From: a virus
Taxonomy: Duplodnaviria > Caudoviricetes
Direction: 5' to 3' (one strand)
Virus record (IMG/VR): IMGVR_UViG_3300027467_000156
Span: 1-29,603 of that record
DNA length: 29,603 bases
In this document: positions 1-8,200 of the stretch, piece after piece
How positions within the stretch are numbered: the first letter of the stretch is position 1
How the letters are laid out: every line of letters starts with the position of its first letter
Position numbers and translations under genes: made by a program
Notes under the pieces: generated by a model
Told to the model about the DNA's origin: nothing
Database searches by the model: none
What the model saw: the letters and a program-made list of their open reading frames with translations, nothing else

Positions 1-1286
1 TCGTTGTGGGTCATCGTGACGGTGGGTGTGCCGACCATGGCGGTGGTGGCTGCGCTGGCGCCGCGCTTGATGGCGCCTGAGATTGTCCAGCGGGCGGTGT
101 TGCCTGCGCCGGTGACGCCTGCGATCACTTCGCCAGAGAAGCTGTATGCGGCGTTGTTGGGGAGGATGACTTGGTTGGTGGTGCCTGCGGCGCTGGTGTT
201 GCTGGTGAGGACGGTGGCGGTGGCGTCGGTGGTTTGGCGACCTAGGAGTAGGAGGGCGGACTGGGTGCGGCCAGCCGCACTGGAGATGGGGGCACTACAT
301 GCCGGGAAGACGTGATACCCGGTGATACTCCGTGTGTTGCCGTAGGAGCCACCGGAGATAAAGGAGTTCTCGCCATTGGCGGTGTTGTTGCTGCCTCCAC
401 AAATCCCGGAATAATTGCTGCTAATGACGTTGCTAACGCCGCCACCCATGAATGAGTAGGAGCCGCTTGCGTTGTGGTTGTAACCGCCACCAATTAAGGT
501 ATGTGAGCCGGAGCATGAATTGGTATCGCCACCAATAACGACAGCTCTTGAAGCTGTGGCGCTATTTGCATTTCCACCCCCCACAAACGCATACAGCCCC
601 GACGCCGTATTGCCATTACCCCCACAAACCGTGGCGTGGGTGTTGGTTTGGGCGGTATTGCTTTGGCCGCCGCCGATGAAGCTGTAGGCGCTGATCGCCG
701 TATTGCTGTCGCCTCCTGAAACAGCAGTTGCCTGGGCGGTGGCCCTATTAGCACTACCTCCGCCGACGGCACTGTATAAAGCAGTGGCCCTGTTTTGATC
801 GCCTCCAGCAATTACAGATTTGTCGCCACTTGCAACTTGTAGTGGGTCTGCACGAAAACGCTGCCAATCGACTGCATACGCTCCCCGCTTATTCCCCCCA
901 AACGCCGTGCCATCCGGCACCGCTGCGAGTGTTGCGCCTGTGCCCTTGGCGACGATGGCCACGTCGATGTTCGTGTAGCTCGCATCCGTCGCCGTCAGCG
1001 CATCGACCGGCACGGTCGCATTGGGCGATGCGGTGCTCTCGGACTCGACGAAGTGGGTCAGGCCGCCGCCGCCGCCACCACCTGCTGTTGCCCACGACAG
1101 CACACCAGATCCGTTTGTGCTCAGCACTTGACCGCTGGCGCCATCAGCAGAAGGCAGTGTCCAGATGCAGTTGGTGGCAATAGTGGTAGGAGCCTTGAGG
1201 CCGACATAAGCAGACGAATCCGCATCAGCCAGCCGCAGCTCGCGTCGCGCGTTTAGCGTTATGTCGGTTTCAAAAACCCTTGCCAT
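1..1286 (-). CDS. Tail fibre / adhesin-like protein with ~14-aa GGxxNxA beta-roll repeats (partial, runs off the left edge; absent from the ORF track)
   Basis: Read by hand from the ATG at 1286 (TGATG overlap with the upstream stop): MARVFETDITLNARRELRLADADSSAYVGLKAPTTIATNCIWTLPSADGASGQVLSTNGSGVLSW..., then repeats such as SVIAGGDQNRATAL, YSAVGGGSANRATA, YSFIGGGQSNTAQT, YAFVGGGNANSATA. No stop before base 1. Confidence 0.85.
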   Translation of the reverse strand, partial: MARVFETDITLNARRELRLADADSSAYVGLKAPTTIATNCIWTLPSADGASGQVLSTNGSGVLSWATAGGGGGGGLTHFVESESTASPNATVPVDALTATDASYTNIDVAIVAKGTGATLAAVPDGTAFGGNKRGAYAVDWQRFRADPLQVASGDKSVIAGGDQNRATALYSAVGGGSANRATAQATAVSGGDSNTAISAYSFIGGGQSNTAQTNTHATVCGGNGNTASGLYAFVGGGNANSATASRAVVIGGDTNSCSGSHTLIGGGYNHNASGSYSFMGGGVSNVISSNYSGICGGSNNTANGENSFISGGSYGNTRSITGYHVFPACSAPISSAAGRTQSALLLLGRQTTDATATVLTSNTSAAGTTNQVILPNNAAYSFSGEVIAGVTGAGNTARWTISGAIKRGASAATTAMVGTPTVTMTHN

Positions 1287-2077
1287 CAGCCCATCACCAC
1301 CACGCGGTAGGCATTAGCCGCTGGGGCCGTGGCAAACACCAGCTGGCATGTTGTCGTCGTGGGGCGGTAGACATCAACCTCCACGTCGTCGTAGTTGCCG
1401 GAGTTGGGGAACACGCGGATGATCACGTCGCGGGTGTTCAAGCTATGCGTGATCGTGTAGCTTGTGGCGCTGCCATCGCCAATGCTGGTGCTGTACTTCC
1501 GCAGCCGGCCGGACCAGTTCGCCAGTTTGGCTGGGGTGACAATGCGAGCGTCGTCCGTTCCAGCGTCCGTTTCTGCCTGCGTGGCGATCTCGGCGATGCC
1601 AGCGGTAGTCTCGCTTGCAGCTGGCGCAACAGTACCAAACGATGACCAAATGACGTTGCTGCTCTCCAGCGTGCCATTCACCTGCGTCTGTCGGAAGGTT
1701 GCACCGGCATCGGTACCTTCCTCGACTGTCGTGACGGCCTGCTCAAGCTCGGCAAAGGTGCTGGCATCCAGCGCCCGCGTCATCGCGACAGCAGCGCCGT
1801 TCCACACATAGATGCCGTTAGCGCTCTGCGCGGTCTGGTTGCGCACCAGCACGCGATCCTGCGACGCCATCGTGACGCCATCAATCGTGGCGCCAGGGCT
1901 GCTCAGGTTGACGTTGCTTTGCGTGGCGACACGACAGCTGTCCTTCCATGCCAAGCCCTCGATGGCTGAATCGACATACGCTTTGTTTGCAGCGTCGCCG
2001 CTTGCCGTAGGCGACGGCAGGTTAATGACCTTCGAGACCGACTGCAGGTCGAGGTCGGTGAAGAACTTGCGAGCCAT
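1286..2077 (-). CDS. Virion fibre-associated structural protein (263 aa)
   Basis: Phage fibre motifs DAANKAYVD, WKDSCRVAT, DRVLVRNQT..NGIYVW and ASETTAGIAEIATQAE, plus a C-terminal TITHSLNTRDV domain. Tightly coupled to neighbouring genes. Confidence 0.8.
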   Translation of the reverse strand: MARKFFTDLDLQSVSKVINLPSPTASGDAANKAYVDSAIEGLAWKDSCRVATQSNVNLSSPGATIDGVTMASQDRVLVRNQTAQSANGIYVWNGAAVAMTRALDASTFAELEQAVTTVEEGTDAGATFRQTQVNGTLESSNVIWSSFGTVAPAASETTAGIAEIATQAETDAGTDDARIVTPAKLANWSGRLRKYSTSIGDGSATSYTITHSLNTRDVIIRVFPNSGNYDDVEVDVYRPTTTTCQLVFATAPAANAYRVVVMG

Positions 2078-2078
2078 A

Positions 2079-2480
2079 TCAGATCAGGCGGGCGAGGCCA
2101 GCAGATGCTGGATTCAGTGTAACCACAGTCTGGTTGGCGCTTGGATGCGCTATGTCACCGTCGATTTCTTGGCTGCCGCTATCCAGCAATTCAACCGATG
2201 GCTTATAGCCAAGATTATGGTTAATAGTCCAAGTTGTTGCGGGTATGGATTGTGTGTGAACATAGGCAGAACCGCCGGCTGGGCCTTGAGGGCCTTCAGG
2301 ACCTTGAGGACCTTCAGGACCTTGAGGGCCTTCAGGACCTTGCGCACCTACGGGACCTTGTGGACCGGCTGTAAATGCTGTGACTGTAGTGGTAAGCGGC
2401 GTGGTTACAACGGTCGTTGTTCCATCACCTTCGATAAAAGTAACCGTATTATTTACAGCGGTAACGTTTACGGATGTCAT
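2079..2480 (-). CDS. Collagen-like (Gly-X-Y) fibre protein (133 aa)
   Basis: GPQGPVGAQGPEGPQGPEGPQGPEGPQGPAG, followed by an AYVHTQ...WTINHNLG domain. ATGA overlap with the upstream gene. Confidence 0.85.
   Translation of the reverse strand: MTSVNVTAVNNTVTFIEGDGTTTVVTTPLTTTVTAFTAGPQGPVGAQGPEGPQGPEGPQGPEGPQGPAGGSAYVHTQSIPATTWTINHNLGYKPSVELLDSGSQEIDGDIAHPSANQTVVTLNPASAGLARLI
2277..2366 (-). repeat. Tandem 9/18-bp coding repeat encoding collagen triplets
   Basis: Repeated gg(c/a)ccttcagg / accttgag units on the plus strand encode (GPE-GPQ)n. Confidence 0.85.
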
Positions 2481-2815
2481 GCGGTGTACCCCTCGCTGAC
2501 GTAGATGATGCCTTCGAGGTAATACTCTTTCAGGCCGCTTGGGTTGGTAAGTAGTACGTCGTAATAGGCTTCGTTGGGGAAGGTGGCGGTGTCGGTATCG
2601 CTAAGTGCGATTTCAATGGTGCCGGTGCTGCGGTCGGTGTAGGTAACGGTAAAGTCAGCGTACTTAGTGGTGCGATTTTGATTCCAGACCTGAGCGGCGG
2701 CAGTCCAACCGGTGAGGTTGATTACGGCGTTGTTGCTGTCCTTGAACCGCAGCGTGACGCTGTAATCCGCTCGGCGCTGGAGCGTGATGTTGTACGTGCC
2801 CGGAGAGACTGCCAT
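2477..2815 (-). CDS. Small beta-rich fibre adaptor / BppU-N-like structural protein (112 aa)
   Basis: YNITLQRRAD...INLTGWTAAAQVW...YYDVLLT...YYLEG pattern typical of phage fibre-anchoring proteins. First gene of the fibre cassette. Confidence 0.65.
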   Translation of the reverse strand: MAVSPGTYNITLQRRADYSVTLRFKDSNNAVINLTGWTAAAQVWNQNRTTKYADFTVTYTDRSTGTIEIALSDTDTATFPNEAYYDVLLTNPSGLKEYYLEGIIYVSEGYTA

Positions 2816-2824
2816 GGCTCCAGC

Positions 2825-2893
2825 TTAGCGACCCTGGCCGCGCAGCTTTTTGCGGTTGTGGCTTGGCCTGCTATGGCGGCCATGCCCTTGACC
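2825..2893 (-). pseudogene. Orphaned 3' end of the small basic 'LRGQGR' gene
   Basis: Minus strand reads GQGHGRHSRPSHNRKKLRGQGR-TAA with no nearby start. It matches the C-terminus of the ORF at 3438..3575 (DGYGKNSRPRRRGKKPLRGQGR) at about 13 of 22 positions. Confidence 0.75.
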
Positions 2894-2926
2894 TGCGCTA
2901 AGCTGACCCTGATTTTGACGTGTTTC

Positions 2927-3514
2927 ATGGCCACCACTCGCGGTATCAAACCACTGCCCCCTTTGCACGAATTAGAGACGTGGTTTGCCATTGACGGATC
3001 AGACCTTGTTTGGCGTACTAGCTATTTCAAGGAACTCATAGGCAAGCGCGCTGGATATTTGCGACCAGACGGATACATCGAGATTAGGAAACAAAATAAT
3101 AAAATGCTTGCACATAGAATCGCTTACTATATTGCCACCAAGGAAAATCCTGGCAATTACTTTATAGATCATATAGACGGAAACCCGTCTAACAACTGTC
3201 CTAGTAATTTACGAATGGCTACTGCAACAGAGAATTTGCGGAACTGCAGAAGACTGCGCAGAAACAATACGTCTGGCCGATCAGGCGTACTGTACGCCGT
3301 AGTTGGAGGCATCGAATATTGGAAGGCTTATGTAGTTGTCAAGGGTAGGCAGCTTCATCTTGGATCATACGCGACCAAAGAAGCGGCGATTGCCGCTAGA
3401 GAAGTTGCTGAAAAATTCACTTACGGAAAATTTGCCCCTATCGCCCTTGACCCCGAAGAGGTTTTTTGCCTCTTCGCCGAGGGCGAGAGTTTTTGCCGTA
3501 GCCATCCCGTGTAG
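2927..3514 (+). CDS. HNH endonuclease with C-terminal AP2 DNA-binding domain (freestanding homing endonuclease)
   Basis: AHRIAY...IDHIDGNPSNNCPSNLRMAT..EN..N is an HNH motif. NNTSGRSGV...WKAYV...LHLGSY.TKEAAIAAR is AP2-like. The gene is AT-rich and antisense to the operon. Likely start is ATG 2927, in frame with the track ORF 2678..3514. Confidence 0.9.
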   Translation: MATTRGIKPLPPLHELETWFAIDGSDLVWRTSYFKELIGKRAGYLRPDGYIEIRKQNNKMLAHRIAYYIATKENPGNYFIDHIDGNPSNNCPSNLRMATATENLRNCRRLRRNNTSGRSGVLYAVVGGIEYWKAYVVVKGRQLHLGSYATKEAAIAAREVAEKFTYGKFAPIALDPEEVFCLFAEGESFCRSHPV

Positions 3515-3575
3515 TTTTCGGCTTGCCGGGCTGGTGCTGGACGGCGGCAGTGCCGGTTTTGCTGCGGACTGCCAT
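3438..3575 (-). CDS. Small, very basic protein (45 aa) of unknown function; absent from the ORF track
   Basis: MAVRSKTGTAAVQHQPGKPKTTRDGYGKNSRPRRRGKKPLRGQGR-TAG. GGAGG lies upstream (within 3585-3590) and the start is TGATG-coupled to the upstream mini-ORF. Confidence 0.75.
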   Translation of the reverse strand: MAVRSKTGTAAVQHQPGKPKTTRDGYGKNSRPRRRGKKPLRGQGR

Positions 3576-3697
3576 CAGACTGCACCTCCCAGAAGCAGCG
3601 CTCGCAACTCATCAAGGTCGAAACCTGCGGCTTTCAAGCGCTCGGCGGCGGTCAGCGGCATAGGCAAAGCGTCGATCAAGGGAAGATACTTAGGCAC
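3575..3697 (-). CDS. 40-aa mini-ORF, or remnant C-terminus of a tail-fibre-associated protein
   Basis: GTG at 3697 has AAGGAGG 6 nt upstream: MPKYLPLIDALPMPLTAAERLKAAGFDLDELRALLLGGAV-TGA. Its stop overlaps the next ATG. Confidence 0.5.
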   Translation of the reverse strand: MPKYLPLIDALPMPLTAAERLKAAGFDLDELRALLLGGAV

Positions 3698-4100
3698 TAA
3701 GCGCCTCCTTGATCTCATCCGTGGTAGTGGCTGCATCAATGGCAGATTCGATGATGACGTACCGGGCGCGGATAGCAGCGCGAGCGGCTTCGGCCTGGTC
3801 GGCGCTGGCGCCGGGGATCTTCAGGCTGATCATGCGGTCATGCGGCGCCAGCTCATCAGCGCGGCGGCGGCGGCGAATGTCGTGCGCGATGGCCTTGGCG
3901 CGGTCCAGGTCGATCTCGATGCCATCGGGGGAGTAGACCCACGCAGCGCGGAAGGTGCGGTCGGAGGGGATCTGGTCAGCGGTGACGATGGCGTAGATGC
4001 CGTCTGGTGCGACCTGCTGGGCGACCTGCTCGATCGGCACCTCTCCGGTGGGAGTGGTGATCGCGACGCCGGTAGCGGTGGGATGGATGATGTAGGTCAT
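3690..4100 (-). CDS. Putative tail fibre assembly chaperone (136 aa)
   Basis: Directly downstream of the tail fibre. PSDRTFRAAW...IDLDRAKAIAHDIRRRRRADELAPHD...IDAATTTDEIK resembles fibre-assembly proteins. Confidence 0.7.
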   Translation of the reverse strand: MTYIIHPTATGVAITTPTGEVPIEQVAQQVAPDGIYAIVTADQIPSDRTFRAAWVYSPDGIEIDLDRAKAIAHDIRRRRRADELAPHDRMISLKIPGASADQAEAARAAIRARYVIIESAIDAATTTDEIKEALSA

Positions 4101-4103
4101 GGG

Positions 4104-5252
4104 TCAGCGGAAGATAGACACGCCAACGTAAGGCATGTCTTGAAGGCCAGTTGCACTGTTATTTGTCTGAATACGGACTGAGTTTGCGGCAATGCTTGTA
4201 TAAGCGTTGCCGCTGGTTGGCCACACACCGGAATAGCCAGGGTTGCCGGTAGTGCCGTCACCACGATGGATAGTCGAGTTTACACAGTAGCTTGCATCCG
4301 GCATCGCCGTCGTGAAGTTCACCGTATAGTCACCCACGCCATTGTCAGTGATGCTGCTGACGTTGTAGCTGGCGCGGATCGCCACGATGCCGGTGCCGTC
4401 GAAGTTGACCCAGGCGCGGCACAGTTGCCCGCCAACACTGCCAGGGCTGAGTGCCTTGGTGTTGTCGTAGAACCCAACCGGATCGCTGCTGAGTGTGGCG
4501 CCTGCATTGGCGCTGAGTGTGACGGTGGTGCCGCTGATGCTGGCGACCGTCGTGCCGGGTGTGATGCCTTCGCCGGTCACCACCATGCCAGCAACGATGC
4601 CGGTGGCGCTGGCGACCGTCAGGCTGGCGGTGCCGCTGGTGATGGTGCCAGTGGTGTGGATGCCATTGATGTCGGTGCGGGTGGCCACAGCGGCGCCAGC
4701 ATCACCCCATGTGAGCGTGCCACTGCCGTTGGTCTTCAGCGCCTGTCCGTTGGTGCCATCAGTAGCCGGCAGCGTCCACGTAACATTGCTCGATACTGTA
4801 GCCGGCGCTTGGAAGGCTACCCAGTTGCTGCTGTCGCTATCAGCCAGGCGCAGGTCACCTTGACCGTAGATGGTGACATCACCGGCGCTGCTGATGCCAA
4901 CGCGGCGCGTGCCGCCAGTGGCAAAGTCAAGCGCATCAGTACCGCTGCTGTAGATGCCGGTGTCAATACCGGAGTCCTTGAAATACAGCGATGGCGCTGC
5001 AGCAGTGCCGTTCTCAAGGGCAATGCTTGTCCACTCTCCATCCAGTTGGTAGAGCGTGATCCAGGCTGAGTTTGCGCCATTGCGCATCTTCATCACGCCG
5101 GCCGTGGTATCGGCCCAGCGCATGTATGCGAAGGTGGTGCTGGGCTCAGCGGCGCCACTGTTCTGGCTGACGATCGCAGCCAGGGCGTTGTTCAGGTCAG
5201 CGCGGAAGGCGGCCCCGGATTGGTTGGCAATCGCGTAGTCGTGCTGCGCCAT
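4104..5252 (-). CDS. Tail fibre / receptor-binding protein (382 aa)
   Basis: N-terminal anchor MAQHDYAIANQSGAAFRADLNNAL, GTAAAPSLYF..DTGIY shaft motif and C-terminal RAWVNFDGTG..IRASYNVSSITDNGVGDYTVNF domain. Follows gpJ. Confidence 0.85.
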   Translation of the reverse strand: MAQHDYAIANQSGAAFRADLNNALAAIVSQNSGAAEPSTTFAYMRWADTTAGVMKMRNGANSAWITLYQLDGEWTSIALENGTAAAPSLYFKDSGIDTGIYSSGTDALDFATGGTRRVGISSAGDVTIYGQGDLRLADSDSSNWVAFQAPATVSSNVTWTLPATDGTNGQALKTNGSGTLTWGDAGAAVATRTDINGIHTTGTITSGTASLTVASATGIVAGMVVTGEGITPGTTVASISGTTVTLSANAGATLSSDPVGFYDNTKALSPGSVGGQLCRAWVNFDGTGIVAIRASYNVSSITDNGVGDYTVNFTTAMPDASYCVNSTIHRGDGTTGNPGYSGVWPTSGNAYTSIAANSVRIQTNNSATGLQDMPYVGVSIFR

Positions 5253-8200
5253 CAGATGACCTCCCGGCCGTAGCCGATGGCAGTGTAGCTGAACTGGCGC
5301 GAGATCATGCTATTAGCTGCGTTGTAGAAGGTGATCGAGAACCCAGACCGGGTGGGGCTGCTGATCACATAGTAATCACCCGTTGCCATGTTGTATGCGG
5401 TGATGCCAAGCTGCGGGGCCTGGTAGAAGCGGTTAGCGAACGTGACCGCATAGGCTGCTGCAGCTGTCGTCAGCGGGCCAGCGCTGGCGCTGCGTTGCTG
5501 TAACTCAAGCTCACAACCAAGCTCGTCGATGACGATGTTTTGATCGTTGCTGGTGCTGGTAGCAATGGTCTTGAACTGAAATGCGCGGCCACGGGTCAAC
5601 GCATTAGCAAACTCGCGCCATGCCGTCCACGCGGGCGACGCGCCAGGATCGTCGTTGGTAGAACGTACATAAAGCGCAGCGTTGACAGCATCATAAAGCG
5701 TGCCATCAAAGGTGGGCCACGTATCAATCAATGCGGTATTGTCATCGAACAGATCGCCAGGCGCATAAGGCCGTGTGACAAAATACCGGCGCATGTCAAG
5801 GTCATATACGCCACCTAGATCAAAGGTACTGCCGAACTCGTATTCCCCAGAGCCCAGGCTGCCGCTTACGGCGTCGATGGTACCTAGTGCGTCCCAGTTG
5901 CCATCCGTTGCTAATGCGTCGATCTTGGTACCGGTGGCGAGGATCAGGCCATCTAGCTCAGCGCTGTAGATCATGTCGGTGACATTGCCCGAGAATGGCG
6001 GCGTCTCTTGATCTTCACGGTAGGACTGCACCAGTAGGCGCGGTTGCGGCGCCGGCAGTTGTACTACAGCGGTGGCAGCGGTGGCAGAACGTCGGCCACC
6101 GTCATCCTCAAACTTGACCAGATAGGTGCCGGTCAGTAATGGCACTTGCTTTTGCGTCTGGCTTCCGGCTGCTGCTGATACGATCTCTTGGCTATCCTCC
6201 CATAACGCACCAGTGCTAGCGATGTTATGGCGGATCAGTACCTTGCCGCCCAGCAACACATCAAGCTCAGTAGCACGATCCCAGCTGAGGATAGCGCTTG
6301 CCGTGTCGATAGGGATTAGCGACAGTCCAGTTACAGTGGCAGGCGGTGCCGTCTTACCAGCGGTTACCTTAGTTAGCTCTGCCGGTTGTGTTGACGGCAG
6401 CAGTGATGCGCTGAGGCTGTAAACACGCACCGCATAGGTGCCTGGTGTGGTGTCAAGGATCTCATAGTCCGGGCTGCTGACTGTGCGGGTATTCCAGTTA
6501 TCGCTATCGCGACGCCACTGCACTTGATATTGCGTGACACCAGTAACCGCCCGCCAGCTAATGATCAGCTTTGCCTTGGCGATACCACCAGCGTCATAGA
6601 GCACTTCATTTCCTGTCAGGTCGATCGGCGGTGGCGGGACGATGTTTAGGTCTGTGATGTCCCGTTGCTGCAGCGCGATGTCACGTTCAACGTAGGCGTA
6701 CTTACTGGCGTTATAGGCCAGTGCGGTAACGCCATACTGATTGCCTTCGTCTGTTTCAGTAATAGACAGCACCCGCCATGTTGATGCTTGTATATTGCTG
6801 GTTTGATACACCCATACGCTGTTTGCATTAGGTGCGGCACTGAAATTACTGGTAACGACGATGCTATTGCCAACAATGGATTGGATAGCGCGTGATTCAA
6901 CGGCGCCGGTTGGCAAGATGACCGATAACTCAGCGCCGGCTACGGCTGATAGGCCGGTAGCATCGTCTACGGTGATAGTGGAGGCGGAGGCGGCTGCTAT
7001 GCGTCCACCACGACGTACCCCAGCGCGTAGCGGATCTGCCACCTCGATCACTTGGCCAGGGCGTACAACCACACCGGCGTCGATGCTGGTGGTGAAGCTG
7101 ATCACCTCAGATTCGTAGCGCTCGGAGTAGAGTAGCCATTCGCCTAGGCGATGCGCCTGTCCACGGCTAGTGCAGGCAAAAGCGTCTACTTCTTCCTTGA
7201 CAACACCGTATTTGCTTATGCCATCTTGATCCTCAACTACCTCGTAAGCCTTCTCACGTGTTTCAAGGTCAAGGTAACTGACCACGGCAACAGTAGGTCG
7301 TGCCTTACGGCTGCTGCCTTGATAACTAAAGCCCTCTGCTGTGACATTGGCTAGCGTGAATAGGTATGCGCTGTCAGTTGGCTTGTCCTGGCTGATTGTT
7401 AGCGTACCAATGCCCCAGTAGGGCATCACACGCATAACGCTGCACAGATCATTGATCAGCTTGTATGCCTCAGTTTGCGTCTGGATGTTGACATTACAGC
7501 TAAAGCGTGGCTCCGTCCCGCCGAAGCCATTAGGCACCAACTCGCTGGCGTATTGCGAAGCTGCCAAGAACGCCCACTTATCAAGCTGCGCTGCTTTGAT
7601 GTGATCGCCGAATCCGTAACGTGTGCTGGTGAGCAGATCCCACAGGATCCAAGCTGGATCGCTACACCACTGCGCAGCGCCAAAGGTGCCATTCCAGATG
7701 CCGGCATAGGTCAAACGGCCGGTTGCGCTATCAACGGTGGCATTGCTAGGGATTTGTACCTTGATGCCCCGGATGTGGTAGGCGCGTGATGGGATGTTAT
7801 TGAACTGCTCTGCGTCAAGCCGTAGCGCTACCAGTGCGCTGTTTGGATACCGCAGTTTGGCGTAAATAATCTCAGTGTATGAGGTCCATTGGATTGCGCT
7901 AGAGGACTCGATAACATTGGAGTCTTGCTCAATGCGTGTGCTATCCGACACTGAGATACGTGTTACACGAATATCAGCGGTGGTAAAGCCATCGGTTAGG
8001 TTGACGATGTAATCGGTTTGAAATGGATCAGACGTGCGCCCAGAGATTGCGTCTGTAATCACTGTGGTAAAGCCACCGCCGTCATACTGAACAGCGATAG
8101 AATAGGTTACGGATAACCCGTAAACGTTGCCGTCTTTTGCGCTCTGCTGCAGCTGTGGAATTGTGAGCGTAACCCGTACTGCATTGACATTAGGGTCTGC

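Noticed and set aside
242-811. Track ORFs 242..493 and 494..811, suggesting a fragmented fibre gene
   Set aside because: Both are off-frame shadows. The real frame from ATG 1286 stays open to the window edge.
894-899. G6 tract in the adhesin gene as a frameshift or phase-variation site
   Set aside because: Six G's keep the frame (TTT GGG GGG AAT), and the tract is too short to argue for phase variation without read data.
2678-2926. N-terminal 83 codons of the track's 278-aa HNH ORF
   Set aside because: This stretch is antisense to the adaptor gene and the orphan gene end. The AT-rich nuclease-like sequence starts at ATG 2927.
2894-3437. Group I intron, intein or IS element around the HNH gene
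   Set aside because: The nuclease is antisense, there is almost no flanking room for a ribozyme core, there are no intein or transposase motifs, and the upstream gene is complete without splicing.
4104-4420. Diversity-generating retroelement target in a fibre tip, prompted by the Mtd_N-like motif elsewhere
   Set aside because: No reverse transcriptase and no near-identical template/variable repeat pair is visible in the window.
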